Source: Ranitomeya imitator (Eukaryota). From it: 64,000 bases of DNA. The stretch's first letter is position 1. Every line of letters starts with the position of its first letter. The translations under genes were made by a program, and so were the position numbers. Location: NCBI RefSeq assembly GCF_032444005.1, contig NC_091288.1, positions 220,658,001 through 220,722,000 of the forward strand, read 5' to 3'. Shown here one piece after another: positions 1 to 11,424 of this stretch. The notes below the pieces were generated by a model, which was given only the letters and a program-made list of their open reading frames with translations, made no database searches and was not told where the DNA came from.

Positions 1-19
1 GCGTGTTAGGAGGAATAGG

Positions 20-930
20 ATGAAGGGAAGCTTGAGGAGTTCTGGTGATAGAAGGAGCAGAATGAGGAGTTCTGATGATAGAAGGAGCAGGATGAGGAGT
101 TCTGGTGATAGAGGCAGGATCAGGAGTTTTGGTGATAACAGAGGCAGGATCAGGAATTCTGGTGATCGCAGAGGCAGGATCAGGAGTTCTGGTGATCGCA
201 GAGGCAGGATCAGGAGTTCTGGTGATCGCAGAGGCAGGATCAGGAATTCTGGTGATCGCAGAGGCAGGATCAGGAGTTCTGGTGATCGCAGAGGCAGGAT
301 CAGGAGTTCTGGTGATCGCAGAGGCAGGATCAGGAGTTCTGGTGATCGCAGAGGCAGGATCAGGAGTTCTGGTGATCGCAGAGGCAGGATCAGGAGTTCT
401 GGTGATCGCAGAGGCAGGATCAGGAGTTCTGCTGATAGCAGAGGCAGGATCAGGAGTTCTGCTGATAGCAGAGGCAGGATCAGGAGTTCTGCTGATAGCA
501 GAGGCAGGATCAGGAGTTCTGCTGATAACAGAGGCAGGATCAGGAGTTCTGCTGATAACAGAGGCAGGATCAGGAGTTCTGCTGATAACAGAGGCAGGAT
601 CAGGAGTTCTGCTGATAACAGAGGCAGGATCAGGAGTTCTGCTGATAACAGAGGCAGGATCAGGAGTTCTGCTGATAACAGAGGCAGGATCAGGAGTTCT
701 GCTGATAACAGAGGCAGGATCAGGAGTTCTGCTGAAAACAGAGGCAGGATCAGGAGTTCTACTGATAACAGAGGCAGGATCAGGAGTTCTGCTGATAACA
801 GAGGCAGGATCAGGAGTTCTGCTGATAACAGAGGCAGGATCAGGAGTTCTGCTGATAACAGAGGCAGGATCAGGAGTTCTGGTGATAACAGAGGCAGGAT
901 CAGGAGTACCGATGAGCATCAGGATGAGGA
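20..930. repeat. 30-bp minisatellite (GAGGCAGGATCAGGAGTTCTG(G/C)TGAT(C/A)(G/A)CA), about 27 regular copies
   Basis: Exact 30-bp periodicity, two units per 60-base line. Variants occur in blocks (GGTGATCGCA, then GCTGATAGCA, then GCTGATAACA). Confidence 0.95.
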
Positions 931-1084
931 TTATTGGTGATAAGGATATGATGAGGAGTTCTCATGAAAGAGGAGTGCAGTGAGGAATCCTGGTGATAGA
1001 AGGGAGCAGCATGACAGATACCTGTGATAGGGGCAGAATGATGAGGATCAGAGATATGAGCGGTATCGGTGATAGGATAATATT

Positions 1085-1810
1085 TCCTCCTCTTCCTGCT
1101 CCTTACTTGTGATCCATCTCTTTTCCTCTGGCCACTACCCTCACTTTGCTCCTTCTGCCCTTTCTCTCCAGCTCTTGTTGCCCCTACCTCCTGCTGTCTC
1201 TTTTCTTCTTGCCCCTCCCCCTTTATCCCCATCTCCCCTCCTCCTCCTCCTCCCTCATCTACATTCTTCCTCTTGCCCTAGCTCCCCCTACTCCTTCTGC
1301 CGCTGCAGACTTCTCTTGCCCCTGCTCTCGCTTCTTCCTGCCCCATCTCCCCTCCTCTTTCCGCTGGTTCGACTTCATCTTGCCCTTCTTCCCCCTCCTT
1401 CTGCCCCATCATTTTGCCCCTGCTTTTCTCCTGCCCCATCTTGCCTCCTTTTGTTCATACTATCCTTTACTCTTGCTCCTTCTGCCCTCCTCCTCTTGCC
1501 CCATCTCCCCTCTTCCTCTTGTCCTTGCTCTCCTCTCCATTTACCCCTTGCTCTCCTCTTTATGCCCGTTTCTCCCTCCTGTTGTCCTTTGCTCCCCCTC
1601 CTCTTGCCCCTGCCCTCCTCCTCCTTCCTCTTACCCCCTCTCCTCCTCTTGCCCCCTGATCTCCCCTCCTCCTCTATTTGCCCCTCCTCTCCTCTTTCCC
1701 CCGCTCTGTGATCCAGCAGCTTCCTCCATCCTCCTTTGATGTAATCCCCCATTCCCCTCCCCCTCGCCTCACGCTGCAGCTCCCGCCTCCTCCTTCCCCC
1801 CTCCCTCCAC
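1085..1810. repeat. CT-rich low-complexity tract
   Basis: Almost purely pyrimidine on the + strand (CTCCTC/CCCTT motifs). Confidence 0.9.
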
Positions 1811-1814
1811 ATCA

Positions 1815-2075
1815 TTAACCCCTGCCGCCGCCGCCGCAGTGATACATTGTAGCCGCCGGCTCCTGCAGCGTGTGCGGCTCCGGTGCTCGGGGTCCGTAGT
1901 CTCGTGTCATAGATAAGCCGCCGCCGGTGATCGCCCGCCGCAACCCCCGCCCCGGCTTTGTCTCCAGCCCCCGCCTCCCCTCGCTGCCTCCATCACCTCC
2001 CCCGCCCTCCTCCTCCCGGTTTTTGTGTCCTCCCTCCTCCCCGTCCTCCTCCCTCCTGCAGCTGCGACGCATGAG
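1815..2075. promoter_or_regulatory. CpG-rich segment, possible promoter or 5' UTR exon of the TRIM69-like gene
   Basis: Dense CpG and GCC repeats 0.5-0.7 kb upstream of the ATG. A plausible acceptor (CTGAC..CCCACAG at about 2516-2528) precedes the ATG exon. Inference only. Confidence 0.35.
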
Positions 2076-2114
2076 GCCGGGAGGAAATAGGGGCGAGAGG
2101 GACCCAGGAACTAG

Positions 2115-2445
2115 AGAGCCGGGGTCAGGGGGAGAGCCGTGCGGCCAGAGTCGGGGCCAAGGGGAGAGCTGTGCGGCCAGAGCCGGGGCCAAGGGGAGAG
2201 CTGTGCGGCCGGGGTCAGGGGGAGAGCCGTGCGGCCAGAGCCGGGGTCAGGGGGAGAGCCGTGCGGCCAGAGTCGGGGCCAAGGGGAGAGCTGTGCGGCC
2301 AGAGCCGGGGTCAGGGGGAGAGCCGTGCGGCCAGAGTCGGGGGCAGGGGGAGAGCTGTGCGGCCAGAGTCGGGGCCAGGGGGAGAGCTGTGCGGCCAGAG
2401 TCGGGGCCAGGGGGAGAGCTGTGCGGCCAGAGCCGGGGTCAGGGG
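2115..2445. repeat. G-rich ~32-bp minisatellite (GGGGAGAGCTGTGCGGCCAGAGTCGGGGCCA)
   Basis: About 10 imperfect tandem copies directly upstream of the TRIM ATG exon. Confidence 0.9.
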
Positions 2446-2544
2446 GATTTGTGTAGTCAGGACGCCATCAGTGCAGTCAGGGTCATCAGAGTCGGGGTCA
2501 GGGGTAAGGGTCCACACTGACCCCACAGCAGCCTTAGTGCAGCC

Positions 2545-5500
2545 ATGTCCGCCACTCCCACCCCATTGCCCCTGTTGCCCTCGCTGAGCTGCGCCGTGTG
2601 CCGCGATGTGCCACGGGAGCCCGTCACCATGGCCTGCGGGCACTGCCTGTGCCGTGGCTGCCTGGAGCAGGCATGGAGGGGCCAGGAGACCTACCCGACC
2701 TGCCCCAAGTGCCGGCCCACCCCAGTGCAGACCCCGGACGGGGTACAGAGGGGGCTGTGCGCGGAGCATGGCGAGAAGATGCAGCTGTACTCCACGCAGG
2801 ACGGACGGTTACTGTGCCCGCGCTGCCGGGGGGCCACCGAGCCGCAGCCGCCTCACGCCATGATCCCCATACAGGAAGCCGTAGGCGGCTACAAGGTGAG
2901 GGCTGCGGCACTGAAGGTGGTGGTGCGCACCGGGAGCTCCACGCCATTCATGTCTTCTCTCCCGCAGGATGAGCTGATGTCGGCCATGGCACCGCTGGAG
3001 GCTCGGCTGAAGGAGCTGCAGCAGATGCAGTGCGCCCAGGAGCAGATGATCGCACAGCACCGGGTAGGACGGCAGCAGGCGGGGTATAATGGGGGCACAG
3101 GAGGGTCCACGCTGGCTCTGGGGTCCGCTCTCGTTTCACCATTACAGAGCGCCGCAATGTGGCCTTGTCGTTAGGGCCCGCCATGAAGATGTAAGGGGGT
3201 GACCAATGAGAGAGACCACCCTGTGCGCTTCTGGCGCCATTTATCTCCCAGGGTACAAAGCACTGGTGATGGCGGACCCCGAGTGTCAGAGGATCTGTGA
3301 TGGCGGGGGTCATGGGCCACCGTACAGCAGGTCATGGGCCACCGCCATCTCTGCCCTCACTGACTCCTGAGCGGCCGCCCTGACACATGGTGATGAGAAG
3401 GCAGGAGATGATGGAGAGCGGAGGATAGCCCCCCCCTCCCCCTGCCGGAGGATAGCCCCCCCCCTCCCCATGCCGGAGGATAGCCCCCCCCCTCCCCATG
3501 CCGGAGGATAGCCCCCCCCCTCCCCCTGCCGGAGGATAGCCCCCCCCTCCCCCTGCCGGAGGATAGCCCTCCCCCTGCCGGAGGATAGCCCTCCCCCTGC
3601 CGGAGGATAGCCCTCCCCCTGCCGGAGGATAGCCCTCCCCCTGCCGGAGGATAGCCCCCCCTCCCCCTGCCGAAGGATAGCCCCCCCCTCCCCCTGCCGG
3701 AGGATAGCCCCCCCCTCCCCCTGCCGGAGGATAGCCCCCCCCCTCCCCCTGCCGGAGGATAGCCCCCCCTCCCCCTGCCGGAGGATAGCCCCCCCCTCCC
3801 CCTGCCGGAGGATAGCCCCCCCCTCCCCCTGCCGGAGGATAGCCCCCCCCTCCCCCTGCCGGAGGATAGCCCCCCCCTCCCCCTGCCGGAGGATAGCCCC
3901 CCCCCTCCCCCTGCCGGAGGATAGCCCCCCCTCCCCCTGCCGGAGGATAGCCCCCCCCTCCCCCTGCCGGAGGATAGCCCCCCCCTCCCCCTGCCGGAGG
4001 ATAGCCCCCCCCTCCCCCTGCCGGAGGATAGCCCCCCCCTCCCCCTGCCGGAGGATAGCCCCCCCCTCCCCCTGCCGGAGGATAGCCCCCCCCTCCCCCT
4101 GCCGGAGGATAGCCCCCCCCTCCCCCTGCCGGAGGATAGCCCCCCCCTCCCCCTGCCGGAGGATAGCCCCCCCCTCCCCCTGCCGGAGGATAGTCCCCCC
4201 TCCCCCCGCCGGAGGATAGCCCCCTGCCCGAGGCACCCAGCTTTTCCAGGGCCACTGACGACTCTTCCTTCTCTCGCAGGGGAACCTCCTCAGCACCAAG
4301 CACCACGTGAGTCTGGAGTTCGAGAAGCTGCACCAGTTCCTGCGGGAGCGAGAGGAGCGACTGCTGCGGGAGCTGCAACAGGAGGGCGACCTGATCCTGG
4401 CCGAGATGGAGGAAAGTCTCAGCAAGATGAAGCAGAACTGCCAGGGCATCCTCCAGACCATCAGCAGCACCCAGCCGCGGCTGTACGAGCAGGACGCCGT
4501 CACCTTCCTCACCGTGAGTACCCCGACATCACAGGGGCCCCTACATGAGCCCGGGGCTAGGGGAGCCGTCACCTTCCTCACTGTGAGTACCCCGACATCA
4601 CAGGGGGAGCCGTCCCCTTCCTCACAGGGAGTACCCCGTCATCACAGGGGGAGCGGTCACCCTCCACACACAGGGGCCCCTACATGGGGCTGGGGGAGCC
4701 GTCACCTTCCTCACTGTGAGTACCCCGACATCACAGGGGGAGCGGTCCCCTTCCTCACAGGGAGTACCCCGTCATCACAGGGGGAACCATCACCTTCCTC
4801 ACAGGGAGTACCCCAACATCACAGGGGGAGCCGTCACCTTCCTCACTGTGAGTACCCCGTCATCACAGGGGGAGCGGTCCCCTTCCTCACCGTGAGTACC
4901 CCGTCATCACAGGGGGAGCGGTCCCCTTCCTCACTGTGAGTACCCCGTCATCACAGGGGGAGCGGTCCCCTTCCTCACCGTGAGTACCCCGTCATCACAG
5001 GGGGAGCCGTCACCTTCCTCACTGTGAGTACCCCGACATCACAGGGGGAACCATCACCTTCCTCACAGGGAGTACCCCGACATCACAGGGGGAGCGGTCA
5101 CCCTCCACACACAGGGGCCCCTACATGGGGCTGGGGGAGCGGTCCCCTTCCTCACCGTGAGTACCCCGACATCACAGGGGGAGCGGTCCCCTTCCTCACC
5201 GTGAGTACCCCGTCATCACAGGGGGAGCGGTCGCCCTCCTCACACGGGGCCCCTACATGATCCCCGGTCCGGCATCTTCTAGGCGACTTCATCTCACCTG
5301 AGCGGCTTTGTGGTTTTCCTGATTTTCTTACTTTTCTCTACTTTGTTCGGACGGGAGGAAGTTCTCACATTTGTGTCTTCTGTACGGTGGTCTCCTTGCG
5401 GTTGGCAGCAGGTCTGGGGTCTCCCTACACACAGACGTCCTGTAATTGATGGGTCAGACTAACTGTGCAGAACTACAAGTCTCCTCACTCTCTGCATGCT

Positions 5501-8500
5501 GGGGGTTGTAGTTCTGGGGCGTTGTTGTTGCACCTCCTGTGCCGTCTGCTTCTGTCGCCAGGCGCTGCCTTATTCATTCTGTGGGCGACGATGTTGGGCC
5601 CATAAGCGCAGGCTCTGTCCAGCCTCTGGGACTAGGGTGGCTGGGACCTGTAGTGCCATCCGGCCTTGCAGTATTGGTGCATGTGCTGTCCAGCTGGAGT
5701 AATCGGCACCGCACCTTCCTGGTACTATTGCTCCCAGCTTACTGTCGGTAGCTGCCATGTTTGGTTCTAGCCCTCTTCTCTGTCCACTTCCTGCCATTTC
5801 TTTCTGGTTTTGTTCTGTGCTGTCCTCTGGTTCTGAGCAGCCAACGGCTGACTGTGCTCCCCGTGTGAGAAGGTGAAGTCCACAGAAATCCCTCCTGCCT
5901 GTAACCGGAGTAGCTGGTGCTGAGCCTTCTCACAGTAGCCATTTTTTGAGCAGCCAGGTGACCTCTGCCATAGCCCTGTATTAGGTGCGGTCCCGGGGGG
6001 CTCGTCCCAGGGGGGGTTGTGTCCATTGCTCTGACTTTTCTCTTCTTCTCTTGCAGGATATAAAGTCGTGTATGGACATGTGAGTATCTGCTGCTCCCCC
6101 GTCTCCTGCGCCCCATCCCCGTCTCCTGCGCCCCATCACCCTGACCCCATCTAACCCACCTCGTTATCGCTCTCTGTTATCAGCTGTTATGGGGGCTACA
6201 GGGACGGTTTCCCGGCACAGAATGTGGTGGCTCCCAGAGACTTTGGCTATGGAGGAGTGAAGGACCTGATCCAATATACGGCCTGGAAGGACATGAAGTC
6301 TTATATCAGCCCCGGTGAGCAGACCCCCTAAGATAGCGACACTACAGCGCCCACAAAATAACCCCCCATACACCCATGTATTGTATACAGGACCCCTGGT
6401 ATATGTGTGTGTGTGCCCCCCAGAGACCACTGCTGTGTACAGGACCCCTGGTATATGTGTGTGTGCCCCCCAGAGACCTGTGCTGTGTACAGGACCCCTG
6501 GTATGTGTGCCCCTCCCCCCTCAAGACCTCTGCTGTATACAGGACCCCTGGTATGTATCATTATTATTATTATTATTATTATTATTTATTATTATAGCGC
6601 CATTTATTCCATGGCGCTTTACATGTGAGGGGTATACATAATAAAAACAAGTACAATAATCTTAAACAATACAAGTCATAACTGGTACAGGAGGAGAGAG
6701 GACCCTGCCCGCGAGGGCTCACAATCTACAAGGGATGGGTGAGGATACAGGAGGAGAGGACCCTGCCCGCGAGGGCTCACAATCTACAAGGGATGGGTGA
6801 GGATACAGGAGGAGAGGACCCTGCCCGCGAGGGCTCACAATCTACAAGGGATGGGTGAGGATACAGGAGGAGAGGACCCTGCCCGCGAGGGCTCACAATC
6901 TACAAGGGATGGGTGAGGATACAGTAGGTGAGGGTAGAGCTGGTCATGCAGCGGTTTGGTCGATCGGTGGTTACTGCAGGTTGTAGGCTTGTCGGAAGAG
7001 GTGGGTCTTCAGGTTCTTTTTGAAGGTTTCGATGGTAGGCGAGAGTCTGATGTGTTGTGGTAGAGAGTTCCAGAGTATGGGTGATGTGCGAGAGAAATCT
7101 TGTATGTGATTGTGGGAAGAGGAGATAAGAGGGGAGTAGAGTAGGAGATCTTGTGAGGATCGGAGGTTGCGTGCAGGAGAGTACCGGGAGACGAGGTCAC
7201 AGATGTATGGAGGATACAGGTTGTGGATGGCTTTGTACGTCATGGTTAGGGTTTTGTAGCGGAGTCTCTGGGCAATGGGGAGCCAGTGAAGGGATTGACA
7301 GAGGGGAGAGGCCGGGGAATAACGGGGGGACAGGTGGATTAGTCGGGCAGCAGAGTTTAGAATAGATTGGAGGGGTGCAAGAGTGTTCGAGGGGAGGCCA
7401 CAGAGCAGGAGGTTGCAGTAGTCAAGGCGAGAGATGAGGGCATGGACTAGGGTTTTTGCAGATTCTTGGTTGAGGAATGTACGGATCCGTGAAATATTTT
7501 TTAGTTGAAGGCGGCAGGAAGTGGAAAGGGCTTGGATATGTGGTTTGAAGGAGAGATCAGTGTCGAGGATTACCCCGAGGCAGCAAGCTTGTGGGACTGG
7601 GGAGAGTGGGCAGCCGTTTACTGTAATGGATAGGTTCGTTGTGGGGGGTCGCGTTAGATGGGGGAAAGATGATGAATTCTGTTTTGTCCATGTTAAGTTT
7701 CAGAAATCTAGCGGAGAAGGAGGATGAAATAGTGGACGGACATTGAGGGATTCTGGTTAGAAGGGAGGTGATATCTGGTCCAGAGATGTAGATCTGTGTC
7801 ATCAGCATAGAGGTGATACTGAAAGCCGTGAGATTCTATGAGCTGTCCCAGGCCAAAGGTGAAAATGGAGAAGAGCAAAGGCCCAAGGACTGAACCTTGT
7901 GGGACTCCGACAGATAGAGGGCGAGGTGAGGAGGTGGTGTGTGAGTGGGAGACGCTGAATGTCCTGTCTGTTAGGTATGATGAGATCCAGGATAGGGCCA
8001 AGTCTGTGATTCCAAGGGATGAGAGGGTCTGTAATAATAGGGAATGGTCCACTGTGTCAAAGGCAGCCGACAGGTCGAGGAGGACAGAGTAGTGTCGCTT
8101 GCTCTTGGCGGTTAATAGGTCATCGGTGACTTTAGTTAGGGCAGTTTCAGTGGAATGGTGTGACCGGAAGCCAGATTGTAAGCGGTCAAAGAGGGAGCAA
8201 GAAGAGAGATGGGAGGACAGTTCAAGGTAAATGTGTTGTTCCAGTAGTTTTGAGGCATTGGGGAGAAGTGATATAGGGCGATAGCTAGATACAGAGGATG
8301 GGTCAAGAGAGGGCTTTTTGAGGATAGGTGTGATGGAGGCATGTTTAAAGCTTGAGGGGAAAACACCAGTTGTTAGTGATAGGTTGAAGAGATGGGTTAG
8401 GGTTGGGATGAAGACTGTGGTGAGGTTTGGGATGAGGTGGGATGGGAGTGGGTCAAGTGCACAGGTGGTGAGATGCGATCTTGAGAGTAGAGTGGAGAGT

Positions 8501-10984
8501 TGATCTTCTGTAATGGTGGAGAAGTTGGTTTTGGAGGTGAAGGGCTGGGAAGTCGGGAGGAAGAGCTCTAGTGGTTGTCTTTCAAAACTGTCTCTGATGC
8601 GATCAATCTTCTGCTTGAAAAATTAGGCAAAGTCTTCAGCTGAGATGAGTGGGGAGGGAGGAGGTGCTGGGGGACGGAGGAGAGAGTTGAAGGTGTTGAA
8701 TAACTGTTTGGGGTTGTAAGACAGTGAGGATATGAGAGATGAGAAGTAGGTTTGTTTAGCTGTGGCGAGTGTGGTCTTCAAAGTAGTGAAGGACTGTTTG
8801 AAAGCGATGAAGTGCTCGTTGGAGTGGGATCTTTTCCATCTCCACTCTGCAGCCCTGGAAGCTCGCCTCAGTTCTTTGGTCAGGCTGGTGTGCCAGGGCT
8901 GTCTGTTGATTTTGCGAGCTTTGGTATGTGTGAGAGGGGCAAGAGATTCCAAAGCTACAGCTATTGTTGTGTTATATAGAGCGGCAGCGTCATCCACATT
9001 GTGTATGGAACTTATGTCTGTGAGAGGGAGGAGGGATTCAGAGAATGAGTGTAGATCAAGGTGTTTAAGATTTATGCGAGGGTGTGAAAGTTTGTGGGGT
9101 GGGGATTGTAGATAAGGAGTGGAGAGGTAAGAGAATGTGAGTAGATTGTGGTCAGGAAGAGGTGAGTTAGAGAGGTTAGATAGGGAGCAGAGGCGGGTGA
9201 AGATGAGGTCCAGTGTGTGACCGTCTTTGTGAGTGGCTGCAGAGGACCATTGAGTGAGGCCGAAGGAGGAAGTGAGAGATAGAAGCTTAGTGGCAGCTGA
9301 GAGGGAAGTGTCAATGGGGATGTTGAAGTCGCCCATGATGATAGTGGGGATGTCCGCAGAAAGGAAATGAAGTAGCCAGGTGGTGAAGTGGTCAAAGAAG
9401 GTGGTGGCTGGCCCTGGGGGGCGGTAGATGACAGCCAGTTGGAGGGGGAGTAGATGCGCACAGAGTGCACCTCAAAGGAAGGGAGGGTAACAGAGGGTGG
9501 CAGTGGGATTGGGGTGAAGGAGCAGTTATCTGACAGGAGAAAACCAACTCCTCCGCCATGTTTGCTGCTGGGGCAGGGGGTGTGAGAAATGTATGTTTGC
9601 TCCCCACAGTCCGCTGCTGTATACGGGACCCCTGGTATGTGTGCGCCGGCCCCCCACAGACCTCTGCTGTATACAGGACCCCTGGTATGTGTGCGCCCAC
9701 CCCCCACAGACCTCTGCTGTATACAGCACCCCTGGTATGTATGTGTGCGCCCGCCCCCCACAGACCTTTGCTGTATACAGCACCCCTGGTATGTGTGTGC
9801 CCCCAACAGACCTCTGCTGTATACGGGACCCCTGGTATGTGTGTGCCCCCCACAGACCTTTGCTGTATACGGGACCCCTGGTATGTGTGCGCCCCCCACA
9901 GACCTTTTCTCTATACGGGACCCCTGGTATGTGTGCGCCTCCCACAGACCTTTGCTCTATACAGCACCCCTGGTATGTATGTGTGCGCCCCGCACAGACC
10001 ACTGCTGTATACGGGACCCCTCGTGTGTGTGTGCCCCCCACAGACCTCTGCTGTATACGGGACCCCTGGTATATGTGTGTGTGTGTGTGCCCCCCACAAA
10101 CCTTTGCTGTATATAGGACCCCTGGTATATGTGTGCGCCCCCCCACAGACCTCTGCTGTATACAGCACCCCTGGTATATGTGTGCGACCCCCACAGACCT
10201 TTGCTGTATACAGCACCCCTGCTATATGTGTGTGCCCCCCACAGACCTCTGCTGTATACAGGACCCCTGGTATGTGTGCGCCCCCCCCACAGACCTGCTG
10301 TATACGGGACCCCTGGTATGTGTGCGCCCCCCACAGACCTCTGCTGTATATGGGACCCCTGGTATGTATGTGCCCCCATACACTGCTGCCCCTGTCGCCA
10401 TCTCCCGGCACCATCTTTACTCCTCTCCTTCTTTTCCAGCCTTACCGGACATCATCATGGACCCCAGCACGGCCCACCTGAACCTGGTGCTGTCTGAGGA
10501 CCTGACCAGCGTCCGATACAGCGACACCAAGCAGTCGTTACCCGAGAACCCGCGCCGCTTCGACTACTGCTGCTGCGTCCTGGGCACCGAAGGCTTCACC
10601 TCCGGCCGCCATTACTGGGCTATCGACGTCGGCAGCAAGACCAAGTGGAATCTCGGTGTGGCCAAAGAGTCGGTGAACCGCCGGGGCGGGATCACGCTGT
10701 CCCCGGAGAACGGCTTCTGGATACTGTGGCTCAGGAATGGCCACGAGTTCAAAGCCCTGGACGTCCCGTACCGGACGCTGACCCTGAGGAGCAAACCGCA
10801 GCGCGTGGGCATTTACCTCGACTACGAGGGCGGCCAGCTGTCCTTCTACAATGCCGACGACATGTCCCACATCTACACCTTCGTCACCTCCTTCTCCGAG
10901 ACCATCTACCCCTACTTCTGCCCCTGCCTGAACGACTCGGGGAAGAACGGGGGGCCCCTCAGGGTCCTTCACCACGTGCCGTGA
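2545..10984 (+). CDS. trim69: TRIM69-like E3 ubiquitin ligase (RING, degenerate B-box, coiled coil, PRY-SPRY), about 459 aa, spliced
   Basis: Exons 2545-2895, 2968-3063 (96 nt), 4280-4513 (234 nt), 6057-6079 (23 nt), 6184-6314 and 10440-10984, all GT-AG with consistent phases; the 96/~231/23-nt sizes are typical of class IV TRIMs. C3HC4 RING CAVC..CGH..CRGC..CPKC. The B-box [23 protein letters not shown] has Ser at the third ligand, like human TRIM69 CPEHGENLKLFSKPDGKLICFQC (recalled). Also [22 protein letters not shown] and the C-terminal [18 protein letters not shown], all matching recalled TRIM69. AATAAA at 11080-11085. Confidence 0.88.
3417..4225. repeat. ~27-bp C-rich minisatellite (GAGGATAGCCCCCCCCTCCCCCTGCCG) in TRIM intron 2
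   Basis: About 30 tandem copies varying in C-run length; ends about 55 bp before the exon 3 acceptor. Confidence 0.95.
4495..5260 (+). repeat. Minisatellite built from the TRIM exon 3 end plus 5' splice site (CCGTCACCTTCCTCAC(C/T)GTGAGTACCCCGACATCACAGGGGGAG, ~43 bp)
   Basis: The unit repeats the exon-terminal codons V-T-F-L-T and the GTGAGT donor about ten times. Confidence 0.9.
6370..6556. repeat. ~45-bp minisatellite (CTGTATACAGGACCCCTGGTATGTGTG..CCCCCACAGAC), left part
   Basis: Same unit as 9600-10375; the array is split by the L2 insertion. Confidence 0.9.
6560..9598 (-). mobile_element. L2-clade LINE, 5'-truncated, frameshifted ORF2 (APE endonuclease + reverse transcriptase)
   Basis: Minus-strand fragments [58 protein letters not shown] and [15 protein letters not shown]. 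3' stem-loop AGCGCCAT/ATGGCGCT (6596-6618) followed by a (TAA)n tail at 6560-6595. Confidence 0.92.
6688..6925. repeat. 58-bp tandem repeat x4 within the L2 3' UTR
   Basis: AGGAGGAGAGGACCCTGCCCGCGAGGGCTCACAATCTACAAGGGATGGGTGAGGATAC repeated almost perfectly. Confidence 0.92.
9600..10375. repeat. ~45-bp minisatellite, right part (TRIM intron 5)
   Basis: About 17 copies; ends about 60 bp before the PRY-SPRY exon acceptor. Confidence 0.92.
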
Positions 10985-11079
10985 CCAGGAGGCCATTCCT
11001 GCTCCTTACACCACTATTGTCCCACATGTCCCTGGCGCCGGCCGTGACCCTTACCCCTTGTCATTACCTTACAGAGCTC

Positions 11080-11085
11080 AATAAA
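11080..11085 (+). terminator. Polyadenylation signal AATAAA of the TRIM69-like gene
   Basis: About 95 bp after the stop codon. Confidence 0.7.
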
Positions 11086-11359
11086 TGTATCTGGATTCAG
11101 TAAAAAAGCACAAGAACGTCTCCTTCATGGGTAACGGGGTGTGTCAGGGTCCTGGGACCACCGCTCACCCTCTCATGCACCAATATCACCATCATTCTAG
11201 CATGAAGCAGGAGGCGCAGGATGAGCAGAGCAATCTGTGCCCCCTAAGGGACAGCTTGTAACCAGTAAGATGAAAATGAGATACTGTGCCTTTAAGAGCC
11301 ATCTGCGGGGTCCGCACCACCACCTATATCGGGGGACACATTCATGGAAATCGTATACC

Positions 11360-11384
11360 TTTATTTGCCAGTAAATGTTTTATT
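11360..11384 (-). terminator. Two AATAAA signals for MFAP4-like paralog A
   Basis: TTTATT on + at 11360-11365 and 11379-11384, 40-65 bp past the stop at 11425. Confidence 0.65.
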
Positions 11385-11424
11385 GCCAGGGTTACAGTAT
11401 ATATCTGCTTATTGGGGGGCTTCA

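Noticed and set aside
3310-4581. Gly-rich minus-strand ORFs (423 and 348 aa)
   Set aside because: Products of the 27-bp repeat and the antisense of TRIM exon 3.
9593-10439. N-terminal repeat part of the 463-aa ORF
   Set aside because: Intronic minisatellite in frame with the PRY-SPRY exon; the true acceptor is at 10438-10439.
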